A DNA stretch of 64,000 nt from Bacteroidales bacterium. GTDB taxonomy: Bacteria; Bacteroidota; Bacteroidia; Bacteroidales; UBA932. The stretch covers positions 19,784 through 83,783 of the forward strand of contig JAGCYZ010000051.1 of NCBI GenBank assembly GCA_017960545.1, given 5' to 3'. Position 1 is the stretch's first letter; every line of letters starts with the position of its first letter. Under the pieces are notes generated by a model. That model did not search any database. It had not been told where the DNA came from and was given only the letters and a program-made list of their open reading frames with translations. The position numbers were made by a program, and so were the translations under genes. Positions 49,380 through 60,476 of the stretch are shown piece after piece.

Positions 49380-50852
49380 ATGAAAAAACTATTGATTTTA
49401 GCCAGTTTGCTGGCCCTTCTGGTAGGCTGCCAGAAGTCCGCTCAGGAACAACAGCTCAGCCCGGTCCTCTCCATTGAGGGAGGCCAGGTCCAGGGCGTGT
49501 CAGCAGACAATGTCAAAGACGTGTTCGTATTCCGCGGAATCCCTTATGCAGCAGCTCCAATCAGGGAGAACCGCTGGAAAGCTCCTCAGCCTGTACAGCC
49601 TTGGAAGGGTGTCTATCTCGCCAAGAGATTCGGTAACCCCAGTTACCAGCACATCCAGTACAAGGGCGGCTACTACACCGAGTGGGGTTACGGTGACGAG
49701 GCCCCGTTCAGCGAGGACTGCCTCTACCTCAATGTCTGGACAAAGAAACCCGGACAGACCAACGCCAAGCTTCCTGTAGCAATGTGGATTCACGGTGGCG
49801 GATACCGCGAGGGATTTGGAACCGAACCCGAGTTTGACGCCCAGGAGTGGGCAGGCAAGGACGTGATCCTCGTTTCCATCAACTACCGTCTTGGAGTGTT
49901 CGGATTCCTTACACACCCCGACCTCTGCAAGGAAGGCCCCAACGGCGCTTCTGGAAACTACGGCATAATGGATATGATCGCAGCCCTCAAGTGGATCAGG
50001 AACAACATCGCCCAGTTTGGCGGAGATCCTGACAATGTCATGATCTTTGGCCAGAGCGCAGGAGGCGGCGCCGTAAAGACCCTTTGCGAGTCCCCTCTCG
50101 CCCGTGGCCTCTTCCACAAGGCTGTCATTATGAGTTCAGGTGGCCTTACAGTGCCTCAGGCCGGTGGACAGTCTGCTCCTGCAGGACTCAATGCCCTCCA
50201 GGTTGCCGCATCCAACACCAAGGCCGTTTACGACTGGGCTGGATATGACACAATAGAGAAGATGCGCGCAGCCGACACCGAGGTCATCTACGCAGCAGGT
50301 CCCCTCTACAACAACGCTACAGGAAATGCAGGAAGCGTTACCGCCCGTCCTATCGTCGATGGTTACGTATCTCTCAAGAGCTTCGATGATGCCGCACTTG
50401 ACGGATCTCTGGCCGATATTCCTTATATGATCGGTTTCACGATGAACGATTCCAGGGACATGACCGAGGGAATCGTCGCTTTCGGCCAGAACCGCAAGGA
50501 TAAAGGCGGCAAGGCCTGGGCTTACGAATTCGCCCGTCCTCTCCCTGATGACGGATCCCATCCCGAGGTCACCGTAAGGCTCAAGGGAGCATTCCACTCC
50601 TCAGACCTTTGGTTCGTATTCAAGTCCCTGCAGCACTGCTGGAGGCCTTGGACACAGGGCGACTGGGATCTTTCAGAGAAGATGCTCACCTACTGGACCA
50701 ACTTCGCAAAATACAGCGACCCCAACGGCCCTGACGGCGGAGTATGGCAGCCTTGCTCAAATGATAATCCCAACTTTATGGTGTTCAAGCTTGATGCTCA
50801 GGACAACGAGGCCTCCGAGTACGGCAAAACCGTCAGGGAACTCGGCTACTAG
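49380..50852 (+). CDS. Type-B carboxylesterase lipoprotein, paralog 2
   Basis: Closely similar to 47708-49264 along its length; same catalytic motifs. Confidence 0.92.
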   Translation: MKKLLILASLLALLVGCQKSAQEQQLSPVLSIEGGQVQGVSADNVKDVFVFRGIPYAAAPIRENRWKAPQPVQPWKGVYLAKRFGNPSYQHIQYKGGYYTEWGYGDEAPFSEDCLYLNVWTKKPGQTNAKLPVAMWIHGGGYREGFGTEPEFDAQEWAGKDVILVSINYRLGVFGFLTHPDLCKEGPNGASGNYGIMDMIAALKWIRNNIAQFGGDPDNVMIFGQSAGGGAVKTLCESPLARGLFHKAVIMSSGGLTVPQAGGQSAPAGLNALQVAASNTKAVYDWAGYDTIEKMRAADTEVIYAAGPLYNNATGNAGSVTARPIVDGYVSLKSFDDAALDGSLADIPYMIGFTMNDSRDMTEGIVAFGQNRKDKGGKAWAYEFARPLPDDGSHPEVTVRLKGAFHSSDLWFVFKSLQHCWRPWTQGDWDLSEKMLTYWTNFAKYSDPNGPDGGVWQPCSNDNPNFMVFKLDAQDNEASEYGKTVRELGY

Positions 50853-50862
50853 AATCTTACGT

Positions 50863-50905
50863 CAAATAAAAAAGGCGGCTGGAATCCAGCCGCCTTTTTT
50901 ATTTG
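50863..50905. terminator. Bidirectional intrinsic terminator
   Basis: AAAAAAGGCGGCTGGA-A-TCCAGCCGCCTTTTTT between convergent genes. Confidence 0.9.
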
Positions 50906-50913
50906 GTCATATC

Positions 50914-53817
50914 CTAATATCCGAAGATATCTTCAAGGGTAAGGAGGGTTACAGGGCCGAGGGTCTTGAGGAAGTCCATATCAAGGTCATCAGGGTCTCC
51001 CAGTATGCCGTAAACGTAGGTGCGGTCCTTGACCCATTTCTGCTGGGTAGAAACCAGGCTGTTGATATCCAGCGTGCCCAGAGACTCATATACTGACTTG
51101 GCGAGAGGCTCGGAAAGACCGAGATCCCTGGAGCTGAGATAGCTGTTAAGGGCACGTACGCCAACGGAACGCTGGGTGCGGAGCGTGGACTCTATGTTGC
51201 TCTTGGCAATGTCAAAGGCGGACTCCGATACAGGCATATCGTTGATAATCTCGTCAAAAGCCTCTACAGCCTGCACAAGCTTGTCATTCTGTGAGCCTAT
51301 CCTGGCGTAGAAGGAATAGTCGTCCTTGAGGGTGGCAGGTGATGAGAGGTATGCGCTGGCGCTGTATGCCAGGGCGCGGGCCTCGCGCATCTCCTGGAAG
51401 ACGATGGTATTCATACCTCCGCCAAAATATGCGTTGAACACCTGGATCTTGCCTGCCTCGTTCTTGTCGAAGGCCTCTCCCCTGTTGGAGAACTGGATGT
51501 AGTTGAACTGGCGGGAGTCATAAGGAGCCACATAGACTGCAGGCTCGCTGACCCTGCGCATAGTCTCATACTTGCGTTCCAGCTTTACAGGGCTGTCGGC
51601 AGATATGTGAACGTCGTCGAGAATCTCCTTGACCGTGGCTTCTGTCTCCGGGCCGTAATAGAGAACCTCCTGGGCATAGCCGAGGAATTCTTTCACCTTG
51701 GCAAGCAGTTCATCGGATGTGACAGACATTACCTGGCCGTTGGTCAGGGTTACGTCCTTCACATACTGGGGGCCGTTGATGATATAGTTGGTGAGTGCGG
51801 ACTCGCAGGAGCTCTGGGTCTGCTTTGCAACCATACGGGACTGGATTTCGTCAAACTTGAGGCTCTCAAGGATATCCTCGTCACCTACTGCGTTGGCCAT
51901 AAGGTCCTCAACTATCTCAAGGCACTTGCCTATGTTCTCGGACAGTCCTGAGATTGAATATGAAGTATAAGTTGAAGTGACGTTGAAAGAGTGGCTGCAG
52001 GCCAGGGCGTATTCCTCCTTGGCAATCTCCTCTGCGCTGCGGCTTGGAGTTCCCAGATAACTCAGGTAATTGAAAGCGAGCGAGAGGGCCGGATCTGAAA
52101 GGAGGCCCTTGTAGAAACGGAATACCAGCTGAGCAATGTCATTGGTCTCGTTCTTCTTGTAAACCACGTCAACTCCATCCTTGAGGGTGAATGTAGAAAG
52201 GTCCTTGCTGAAATCCAGGAAAACAGGCTCGATAGGAGGAACCGCGGTGTTCTGGACCTCTGTGAGGAAGTCGCTCTGCTTGTCACGGTTTGTTGCTATT
52301 GCGGTAATCTTGGGAGCCTCTATCTTGTTGCTCTTGGGGTTGACGCCCTGGCGCTTGTATGCGAGCGCATAACTGTTTCCGCCAAGATACTTCTGAGCCC
52401 AGGCAACAACATCATCCTTGGTGAGCTTGGAAATACGGTCGAAACTCTGGATGTAGTCTTTCCATTCCAGACCGGAGATGAAGGAATTCATGAACATGCT
52501 TACGCGGCTCTGGTTCCTTTCAAGGGACTGCATATACTGGAGCTTGAGGTTAGCCTTTACGGCCTCCACAAGGTCGTCGTCAAAGTTGCCGGAACGAAGG
52601 GCGGCAACCTCTCCTAGGAGTATGTTCCGCACATCCTCCAGGGTCTGTCCCTCCTTTGGATATCCCAGCAGGATGAACTCGCCGTAATCTGTCCTGTCAT
52701 AGGTCATCGCACCGGCCATAAGGGTCTTCTGCTGCTGGTTCACGTCCATATCTATGAGGCCTGCCTGGCCGTTGTAGAGAACTTCTGAAACCAGGCTTGA
52801 AGGCTCGCTCTCAAGGATGTCCTTGTCTCCGGGATAGCGCCAGCTGATCATCACGAACTCGGCCTCCGTTCCATATACGTCCTTCTCTACGGGAGAAGTT
52901 ATGGGAGCCTCGGGAGCGTATGAGAATTTGGGAACATCCGGATTTGGCTGCCAGTCTCCGAAATACTGCTCTATAATCTTGACCATGTTGTCGGGGTCGA
53001 AGTCTCCGGAAAGGCATATGGCCACGTTGTTAGGAACATAATATGTGGCCTTCTGTTTCTTGATTGCCGTGATTGAAGGGTTCTTCAGGTGCTCCTGGGT
53101 GCCTATCACGGTCTGCTTTCCGTAAGGATGGTTCTTGAACAGGACGGAATCGATAGCTATCATTGCATTCTCCTGGTCGTCGTTCAGGTACATGTTGAAC
53201 TCCTCATAGACTGCCTCCAGCTCGGTGTGGAATCCGCGCACCACGAGGTTCTTGAAACGGTCGCTCTGCACCTTGGCCCAGTTCTCTATCTGGTTGGAAG
53301 GGATGTTCTCCGTATAGCAGGTAACGTCATTTGAAGTGAATGCGTTGGAACCTGACGCACCTATGACTGACATCAATTTGTCATACTCGTTAGGTATTGC
53401 AATCTGGGATGCCAGGTAACTCAGGGAATCTATCCTGTGATAGATCTCAGTACGCTGGTCAGGATCCGTAGTGCCTTTATAGACGTTGAAGAGTTCCTCT
53501 ATCTGGTCCAGATATACTTTCTCTGAAGCGTAATCGGATGTCCCAACCTGCTCTGTTCCCTTGAACATTATGTGCTCCAGGTAGTGGGCGAGGCCGGTGT
53601 TGTCCGCCGGGTCGTTCTTTCCGCCCACCCTAACCGCAATATAAGTCTGGATGCGGGGTTCTTCCTTGTTTACGGACATATAGACCTTGAGGCCGTTGTC
53701 CAGGGTGTAGATCTTGGTCTTGAGGGGGTCTCCCTTGACGGTCTGGTACTTGCCGGAGCAGCCAGCCAGACCCAGCAGCATCAGCAGCGACGCTGCGATC
53801 AGTGCTAATTTCTTCAT
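50914..53817 (-). CDS. M16 (insulinase-family) zinc peptidase lipoprotein
   Basis: Lipobox LAGC, GLAHYLEHIMFKG (HxxEH), NAFT. Confidence 0.92.
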   Translation of the reverse strand: MKKLALIAASLLMLLGLAGCSGKYQTVKGDPLKTKIYTLDNGLKVYMSVNKEEPRIQTYIAVRVGGKNDPADNTGLAHYLEHIMFKGTEQVGTSDYASEKVYLDQIEELFNVYKGTTDPDQRTEIYHRIDSLSYLASQIAIPNEYDKLMSVIGASGSNAFTSNDVTCYTENIPSNQIENWAKVQSDRFKNLVVRGFHTELEAVYEEFNMYLNDDQENAMIAIDSVLFKNHPYGKQTVIGTQEHLKNPSITAIKKQKATYYVPNNVAICLSGDFDPDNMVKIIEQYFGDWQPNPDVPKFSYAPEAPITSPVEKDVYGTEAEFVMISWRYPGDKDILESEPSSLVSEVLYNGQAGLIDMDVNQQQKTLMAGAMTYDRTDYGEFILLGYPKEGQTLEDVRNILLGEVAALRSGNFDDDLVEAVKANLKLQYMQSLERNQSRVSMFMNSFISGLEWKDYIQSFDRISKLTKDDVVAWAQKYLGGNSYALAYKRQGVNPKSNKIEAPKITAIATNRDKQSDFLTEVQNTAVPPIEPVFLDFSKDLSTFTLKDGVDVVYKKNETNDIAQLVFRFYKGLLSDPALSLAFNYLSYLGTPSRSAEEIAKEEYALACSHSFNVTSTYTSYSISGLSENIGKCLEIVEDLMANAVGDEDILESLKFDEIQSRMVAKQTQSSCESALTNYIINGPQYVKDVTLTNGQVMSVTSDELLAKVKEFLGYAQEVLYYGPETEATVKEILDDVHISADSPVKLERKYETMRRVSEPAVYVAPYDSRQFNYIQFSNRGEAFDKNEAGKIQVFNAYFGGGMNTIVFQEMREARALAYSASAYLSSPATLKDDYSFYARIGSQNDKLVQAVEAFDEIINDMPVSESAFDIAKSNIESTLRTQRSVGVRALNSYLSSRDLGLSEPLAKSVYESLGTLDINSLVSTQQKWVKDRTYVYGILGDPDDLDMDFLKTLGPVTLLTLEDIFGY

Positions 53818-56078
53818 TTTTCTATTCTAAGTTTTGCGTATTTCAACATAATGTATTTCTCTCCATAGTCGTCAAAGGATATCTTGGCCTTGAGGTCCGG
53901 GAAGGTGCCGGTAATCTCCGTTATGAGCCCTGCGCCGAAGCGGTTGTGCTCCACCCTCCTGCCAACCTTCAGTTCGGATATCGGCGAAGGCACAAAGTCA
54001 GGGTCGATTATCTCAGGCTTGGTCTGGACCGGAGCGCGCTTCACGGCGGTGTTGTCGCGCGGGGCGAAGCGTTCCGCGGGCCTTTCCGCGCGGGGCGTGA
54101 ATGAGAACGGGCGCTGCTGCTCCATCCGCTCCTTTGGCAGCGGATGGTCCAGGTAGATATCGTCAATCTCACGCACGAAGCGGCTCACGGGATTGCTCTC
54201 GTGGCGGCCGTTGCGCATACGGGTGTCGGCGTAGGACAGGCTCACGTTCTTCTTTGCCCTGGTGATGGCCACGTAGAACAGGCGCCTCTCCTCCTCTATG
54301 TCACTGGGCGATGCCATCATCCCCCCGCTGGGGAAAAGGTTCTCCTCCAGCCCGGCTATGAACACGTACGGGAACTCCAGGCCCTTGGCGGAATGCACCG
54401 TCATAAGGGCTATCTTGTTGGCGCCGTCCTCATCGTCCGAGACGTCCACGTTGCTCAGCAGGGATACGTTCTCAAGGTACATGTCAAGGCGGCAGGGCTC
54501 CCCTTCTTCAAGCTCTTCGGCATACTGGGCAACGCTGTTGAGCAATTCCTCCACGTTGGCCGTGCGCGAGAGGCCTTCGATGCTGGTGTCTGACTTGTAA
54601 TATGCGTACAGGCCTGAGACTTCGGCAATCTTCACGGCCAGTTCCTGGCCTTCCATTGTCTGCTCAAGCGCCGAGAGCGTGAGGATCATATCGGTGAAAG
54701 CCTTGAGCTTGGGATGCTGGAGGGCGGCCTGGAACAGGCTGACGCCCTGCGCGGAGGCAATGTCGGACACCGCTGCAAGCGTTGTCCCGCCAATGCCGCG
54801 CGCCGGCTTGTTCACAATCCGGCGGAAAGCTTCGTCGTCATTGTTGTTGACCACGAGCTTGAAGTAAGCCATCATATCCTTGACCTCCGCCCTTTCAAAG
54901 AAGGCGTTGCCAGAATAGACCAGGTACGGCAGGTTGCGGCGGCGGAGGGCTTCCTCTATGCTGCGGGACTGCGCGTTTGTGCGGTAAAGCACCGCGAAAT
55001 CGCGGTACTGGGCGCCCGAATCGCGCAGGATGCGCTGGATGCCGCCCGCTATGAGCAGCGCTTCCTCCTGCTCCGTGAAGGCGCGCACAAGGGCAATCTT
55101 GTCGCCTTTGTCCCCGCTGGAGAAGCATTCCTTGCGGATTCGCCCGGTGTTGTGAGCGATGAGCGAATTGGCCGCGCTCACGATGGTTCGCGTGGAGCGG
55201 TAATTCTCTTCCAGGCGGAAGATGCTGCACTGCGGATAGTCTTTCTTGAAATTGAGGATGTTCTCTATCTTGGCGCCCCTGAAGGCGTAGATCGACTGGG
55301 AGTCGTCGCCCACCACGCATATGTTGTGATGCGCATAGGCAAGTTTCTTGAGGATGATGTACTGGGCGTAGTTGGTGTCCTGGTACTCGTCCACAAGGAT
55401 ATAGCGGAAATGCGCGGCTATGTTCTCCAGGGCCTGCGGGTTGTCCCTGAGGAGGATGTTCATCTGCAGGAGGATATCGTCAAAGTCCATCACCCCGCTT
55501 GCCTTGCATTTCTTGGTGTACAGGGCGTAGATGTCGCAGATGCGGGGCTTGCGGGCCTGGGTGTCGCGGGTTATGGCGTTGGTGTTGGCAGCGTATGCCG
55601 ATGCCGTAACAAGGTTGTTCTTTGCTATGGAAATGCGTGAGAGCACTTCCTTGGGCTTATAGACCTTATCGTCAAGCTGGAGCTCCTTGATGCAGTTCTT
55701 GATGGCGCTTACGGAGTCCGAAGTGTCATAAATGGTGAAATTCTTGGGATAGCCCAGGAAGTCAGAGTACTCCCTCAGGAAACGGATGAAGATGGAATGG
55801 AAGGTGCCCATCCACAGCCAGCGGGCGCAGTCCCCGCCCACCAGGGAGGCAATCCTCTCCTTCATTTCCCCGGCGGCTTTCTTTGTAAAGGTAAGCGCCA
55901 GGATCTCCGATGGCCTGGCCGCTCCCTGCGCCAGAATATATGCAATTCTGCGGGTCAGGACGCGGGTTTTGCCGGACCCCGCGCCGGCTACTATCAAAAC
56001 CGGCCCTTCTATGCACTGGACAGCCCTGGACTGCTCAGGATTCAACCCCTCAAGGATAGTACCTACATTGTTTGTCAT
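53814..56078 (-). CDS. uvrD: UvrD/PcrA ATP-dependent DNA helicase
   Basis: AGAGSGKT, VDEYQD, GDDSQSIY, MTVHSAKGLEF, EERRLFYVAITRA, C-terminal Tudor-like domain. Confidence 0.95.
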   Translation of the reverse strand: MTNNVGTILEGLNPEQSRAVQCIEGPVLIVAGAGSGKTRVLTRRIAYILAQGAARPSEILALTFTKKAAGEMKERIASLVGGDCARWLWMGTFHSIFIRFLREYSDFLGYPKNFTIYDTSDSVSAIKNCIKELQLDDKVYKPKEVLSRISIAKNNLVTASAYAANTNAITRDTQARKPRICDIYALYTKKCKASGVMDFDDILLQMNILLRDNPQALENIAAHFRYILVDEYQDTNYAQYIILKKLAYAHHNICVVGDDSQSIYAFRGAKIENILNFKKDYPQCSIFRLEENYRSTRTIVSAANSLIAHNTGRIRKECFSSGDKGDKIALVRAFTEQEEALLIAGGIQRILRDSGAQYRDFAVLYRTNAQSRSIEEALRRRNLPYLVYSGNAFFERAEVKDMMAYFKLVVNNNDDEAFRRIVNKPARGIGGTTLAAVSDIASAQGVSLFQAALQHPKLKAFTDMILTLSALEQTMEGQELAVKIAEVSGLYAYYKSDTSIEGLSRTANVEELLNSVAQYAEELEEGEPCRLDMYLENVSLLSNVDVSDDEDGANKIALMTVHSAKGLEFPYVFIAGLEENLFPSGGMMASPSDIEEERRLFYVAITRAKKNVSLSYADTRMRNGRHESNPVSRFVREIDDIYLDHPLPKERMEQQRPFSFTPRAERPAERFAPRDNTAVKRAPVQTKPEIIDPDFVPSPISELKVGRRVEHNRFGAGLITEITGTFPDLKAKISFDDYGEKYIMLKYAKLRIEK

Positions 56079-56118
56079 ATGGCTGCGAAATTAAGAAAAA
56101 AATGAGTAATTTAGCATT

Positions 56119-57492
56119 ATGCCTGACATCTATAAAATAAAGCGGGGACTGGAAATACCGTTGTGCGGTATTGCCGCGACTTCCGTAAGGAAAGTGCCGG
56201 GCATTTCCGCAGCGGTGTGTCCTGACCACTTCAAAGGCCTGGTTCCCAGGCTGTTGGTCAAGGAAGGAGACCCTGTCCTGGCCGGAAGTCCCGTCATTTC
56301 TGACAAGAACAATCCATCCATCCTGCTTGTTTCGCCAGTCTCCGGAACAGTCCGGAGCATTGTCAGGGGCGACAAGCGCAAGCTGCTTGCCGTAGAGATT
56401 AATCCCGATGGCAAAGACGGTGCGGCATCTTTTCCCCAGAGGGACCCTTCCGCCCTTGACGGGACGCAGGTGCGCGAGGCGCTGCTTGAAAGCGGCCTCT
56501 GGCCGTTCCTGGTGCAGCGCCCGTTCGGCGTGGTCGCGGACCCATCCGTGACCCCCAAGGCAATCTTCGTTTCCGCGTTCAGCACCGCTCCCCTGGCGGC
56601 CGACACTGAATTCACCCTCGCTTCCGATATCAAATACGTTCAGGCAGCCGTCACGGCACTTGGCCGTATTGCTCCCGTACACCTGTCCGTAAAGGGCGTT
56701 GAGTCCGTCTTTGCCGGAATCCGGGGCGCCATATTACATATATTTGAAGGAAAGCATCCCACAGGCAACGTAGGGGTGCAGATCAGCCATATCAGCCCCA
56801 TACTCAAAGGCGATACCGTCTGGACCGTATGTCCGGAAGGCCTGGCCGCCATAGGACGGCTGTTCCTTGAGGGACGCTATGACGTAAGGCGCAAGGTAGC
56901 CGTCTGCGGCCCGGCCGCCAAGGATCCCGCATACATCGAGGCGCTCCCCGGAATGAGCCTTGACGCAGTTGCAGGCTTCTGCGGAGACGTGGAAGGCCTG
57001 CGCATAATCAGCGGCGACATCCTCTCCGGAACGGATGCCCGGTCTATGCAGGGCATTACGTCTTCGAGCGGGTACCTGGGATTCTTCCACAACCAGATCA
57101 CCATAGTCAAGGAAGGGACTGAAAAGGAGCTCCTTGGCTGGATGCGCCCGCTGCGCCTGAACCGGTTCAGTGCGGACCGCACTTACTTCCACTGGTGTCT
57201 GGCTCCCCTGCTCAAAGGGCGGAAGTATGATATAGACACCAACTTGCACGGAGGTCCGCGCGCGTTTGTAATGCCGGACCCCTACTACTCTAAAGTTCTC
57301 CCTATGGATATTTATCCGGTTTACCTGGCCAAGGCGTGCCTTGCCGGAGACATTGACAAAATGGAGAAATTTGGCATCTACGAAGTTCTGCCGGAGGATC
57401 TGGCCCTATGCGAGTTCATAGACCCCTCCAAGAACGACATCCAGGATATCATTGCAAAGGGCATTGACCTGATGCTTAAGGAAATGGCTTGA
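56119..57492 (+). CDS. nqrA: Na+-translocating NADH:quinone reductase subunit A
   Basis: IKRGLEIPL, HPTGNVG, EDLALCEF; first gene of the operon. Confidence 0.92.
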   Translation: MPDIYKIKRGLEIPLCGIAATSVRKVPGISAAVCPDHFKGLVPRLLVKEGDPVLAGSPVISDKNNPSILLVSPVSGTVRSIVRGDKRKLLAVEINPDGKDGAASFPQRDPSALDGTQVREALLESGLWPFLVQRPFGVVADPSVTPKAIFVSAFSTAPLAADTEFTLASDIKYVQAAVTALGRIAPVHLSVKGVESVFAGIRGAILHIFEGKHPTGNVGVQISHISPILKGDTVWTVCPEGLAAIGRLFLEGRYDVRRKVAVCGPAAKDPAYIEALPGMSLDAVAGFCGDVEGLRIISGDILSGTDARSMQGITSSSGYLGFFHNQITIVKEGTEKELLGWMRPLRLNRFSADRTYFHWCLAPLLKGRKYDIDTNLHGGPRAFVMPDPYYSKVLPMDIYPVYLAKACLAGDIDKMEKFGIYEVLPEDLALCEFIDPSKNDIQDIIAKGIDLMLKEMA

Positions 57493-57496
57493 GGAA

Positions 57497-58633
57497 ATGG
57501 ACGGAAGATTTGAAAAAGGCGGAAAGCTGTACTGGCTGCACTCTACCGTGGAGGCCTTCGAGTCCTTCCTTCACGTTCCGGGAACCGTAACAAGGAAAGG
57601 TTCCCACGTGCGCGATGCCGTGGACCTCAAGCGCGTAATGATAGTGGCGCTTGCAGCCGCCGTTCCCTGCGCGCTTTTCGGAATGTGGAACGTGGGTTAC
57701 CAGCACGCCCTGGCCACGGGCGCCGCGCCTTCGTTCTGGGCGGACTTTTGGTTCGGGTTCCTTAAAGTGCTTCCGCTCTACGTGGTTTCCTATGCCGTGG
57801 GTCTGGCCATAGAATTCGCTTCGGCCCAGATAAGGGGTGAAGAAGTGAACGAGGGATATCTGGTCACAGGATTCTTCATCCCGCTCATAATGCCGGTGGA
57901 CGTGCCTCTGTGGATGCTGGCGGTTGCGGTGGCTTTCTCGGTAATCTTCGCAAAGGAGGTTTTCGGAGGCACCGGAATGAATATATGGAATCCGGCCCTG
58001 GTGGCGCGCGCATTCCTTTTCTTCTCGTACCCTGCCTGTATGACAGGATCCGGCACGTGGATAGCCCTCCGCAAAGGCGAAGCCTTGATAGACGCGGCCA
58101 CGGGCGCCACGCCGCTTTCGCTGGCGGGCGACGGCCTTGCCGCCCTTGAAGGCGCCGGGGCGCAGTACGGCACCGGCTTCTGGGACCTTTTCCTGGGAAC
58201 GGTCCCGGGAGCGGTGGGAGAAACCTGCGTGGCCGCCGTCCTGCTGGGCGCCTTCGTCCTTGTCTGGACAGGCATAGCCAGCTGGAAAATAATGGCCTCC
58301 AGCGTTGCAGGAGCCTTGTTGGTGGGCATTGCAGCCAATGCGGCGGGCATATCGGACATCCCTGCATACTGGCATCTGGTGATGGGCGGATTCGCCTTCG
58401 GAACCGTATTCATGGCAACGGACCCCGTAACTTCCGCTCAGACGGAGACGGGAAAATGGATATACGGATTCCTCATAGGAGTCCTGTGCGTGACAATACG
58501 CCTCTTCAATCCCGGTTATCCGGAGGGGATGATGCTGGCCATCCTGCTGGGCAACACCTTTGCCCCGCTCATAGACCACGTGGTAACAGACCGGCACATT
58601 GCAAGGAAACTTAAAAAGGCAAGGAAAGGATGA
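57497..58633 (+). CDS. nqrB: Na+-NQR subunit B
   Basis: HVRDAVDLKRVM, KEVFGGTG, TGATPL (FMN-carrying Thr), MATDPV. Confidence 0.93.
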   Translation: MDGRFEKGGKLYWLHSTVEAFESFLHVPGTVTRKGSHVRDAVDLKRVMIVALAAAVPCALFGMWNVGYQHALATGAAPSFWADFWFGFLKVLPLYVVSYAVGLAIEFASAQIRGEEVNEGYLVTGFFIPLIMPVDVPLWMLAVAVAFSVIFAKEVFGGTGMNIWNPALVARAFLFFSYPACMTGSGTWIALRKGEALIDAATGATPLSLAGDGLAALEGAGAQYGTGFWDLFLGTVPGAVGETCVAAVLLGAFVLVWTGIASWKIMASSVAGALLVGIAANAAGISDIPAYWHLVMGGFAFGTVFMATDPVTSAQTETGKWIYGFLIGVLCVTIRLFNPGYPEGMMLAILLGNTFAPLIDHVVTDRHIARKLKKARKG

Positions 58634-59250
58634 ACACCAACGGCAATACATACACGGTAGTCTATACCTCCCTGGTATGCGTGCTGGTGGCGGCCGTCCT
58701 GGCCGTTGCCTCACAGGCGCTCAAGCCTCGGCAGGCCGCCAACGAGAAAGCGGAGACCATAAGCCAGATCCTGGTCGCTGCCGGCTACGGAGAAATGGAG
58801 GGATGGAGGAAAGCCGGCAACGCAGCCGTCCTGCAGTGCTTCAGGGACAACGTAGAGGGAGAACCTCAGGTTTACACTCCTTCCCAGCTCAAGGCGCAGA
58901 ACTACAACATTAAGCACGGGAAACAGCTCTCGCTGCCTGTTTACAGGTTCAAGAACGGAGTTACAGTGCTGGCAGTTTACGGAGCAGGCCTGTGGGGCCC
59001 CGTTTGGGGCTACATAGCCCTTGAACCCGATATGGCCACCATTGCCGGCGCATACTTCGACCACGAATCCGAGACCCCCGGCCTCGGAGGCAAGATAAAG
59101 GATGACCCTTCCTTCCGAGACTCTTTCAAGGGCAAGGTGATAGGCGGGGACAACACGGTGGAATTCGACGCCATCAGCGGCGCCACTATGACCTCCAGGG
59201 GCCTCAAAACGGCTATTGACACCTGGATGAAAGCATATAGGGAGAATTGA
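58630..59250 (+). CDS. nqrC: Na+-NQR subunit C
   Basis: GAGLWG, ETPGLG, DAISGAT. Confidence 0.9.
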   Translation: MNTNGNTYTVVYTSLVCVLVAAVLAVASQALKPRQAANEKAETISQILVAAGYGEMEGWRKAGNAAVLQCFRDNVEGEPQVYTPSQLKAQNYNIKHGKQLSLPVYRFKNGVTVLAVYGAGLWGPVWGYIALEPDMATIAGAYFDHESETPGLGGKIKDDPSFRDSFKGKVIGGDNTVEFDAISGATMTSRGLKTAIDTWMKAYREN

Positions 59251-59253
59251 TAT

Positions 59254-59862
59254 ATGGGAAAGCTCAGGGAAACGATACTCAATCCGCTGTTCAAGAACAA
59301 TCCCGTGACTGTCCTTGTGCTGGGAATATGCTCTTCGCTGGCCGTTACCGTAGAGATGAAGGGCGCCCTGGTGATGGCCCTGTCCGTCACCGTGGTCACA
59401 GGTCTTTCCAGCCTCATCCTCTCACTTATCCGCAAGACCATCCCCAACCGGGTACGGATCATCGTCCAGCTGGTGGTGGTGGCACTGCTGGTCATCCTGG
59501 TGGACCAGATCCTCCGCTCATTTGAAGCCACATATGCCATTGACAAGCAATTGTCCGTGTATATGGGCCTGATAATAACAAACTGCATAGTTATGGGAAG
59601 GATAGAGGCCTTCGCCCTGGGAAACAAGCCGTTGCCTGCGCTCATTGACGGGCTCGCCAACGGCCTCGGCTACGGGCTCATCCTCCTCACAGTGGCATTC
59701 TTCCGGGAGCTCCTGGGCTCCGGAACCCTGTTCGGAATCCCCGTGCTCAAGGCCCTGGGATATCCGGGCAACGGCCTTGTGATACTGCCGCCAATGGCGC
59801 TTATCATCCTGGGCTGCATAATTTGGATACAGAGAAGCATTGACAAGGAACTTCAGGAATAG
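59254..59862 (+). CDS. nqrD: Na+-NQR subunit D
   Basis: [21 protein letters not shown]. Confidence 0.93.
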   Translation: MGKLRETILNPLFKNNPVTVLVLGICSSLAVTVEMKGALVMALSVTVVTGLSSLILSLIRKTIPNRVRIIVQLVVVALLVILVDQILRSFEATYAIDKQLSVYMGLIITNCIVMGRIEAFALGNKPLPALIDGLANGLGYGLILLTVAFFRELLGSGTLFGIPVLKALGYPGNGLVILPPMALIILGCIIWIQRSIDKELQE

Positions 59863-60476
59863 TGGAATACATCAGCCTTTTCATAAAGTCCATATTCGTT
59901 GACAATATGATTTTCGCATACTTCCTGGGTATGTGTTCCTACCTTGCCGTATCCAGGAACGTCAAGACTGCAAACGGCCTGGGAATAGCAGTGGTGCTGG
60001 TGCTGGCCATAACCGTTCCAGTCAACTATCTCCTGAACAGGTTCGTCCTCCAGCCAGGCGCCCTTAGCTGGCTCGGCCCCGGGTTCGCCTCCGTGGACCT
60101 CAGTTTCCTCAGTTACATCCTTTTCATAGCGGTGATAGCCGCAATGGTGCAGATAGTGGAGATGATCGTGGAGAAGTACCTCCCTTCGCTCTACTCTTCG
60201 CTTGGAATATTCCTCCCCCTGATAGCCGTGAACTGCGCAATCCTTGGAGGATCGCTGTTTATGCAGCAGAGGGAGTTCGGGAACATACTTGAAGCCATAG
60301 TGTATGCCCTGGGATCAGGTATCGGCTGGTACCTGGCCATAGTAACCCTGGCCGCGATCAGGGAGAAGATGGCCTACTCCAACGTACCGGCGGGCCTCAG
60401 GGGCATTGGCATAACCTTCATAACCGTAGGCCTTATGGGCATTGCGTTTATGGCTTTTATGGGAATAGCGCTATGA
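59862..60476 (+). CDS. nqrE: Na+-NQR subunit E
   Basis: [24 protein letters not shown]. Confidence 0.93.
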   Translation: MEYISLFIKSIFVDNMIFAYFLGMCSYLAVSRNVKTANGLGIAVVLVLAITVPVNYLLNRFVLQPGALSWLGPGFASVDLSFLSYILFIAVIAAMVQIVEMIVEKYLPSLYSSLGIFLPLIAVNCAILGGSLFMQQREFGNILEAIVYALGSGIGWYLAIVTLAAIREKMAYSNVPAGLRGIGITFITVGLMGIAFMAFMGIAL

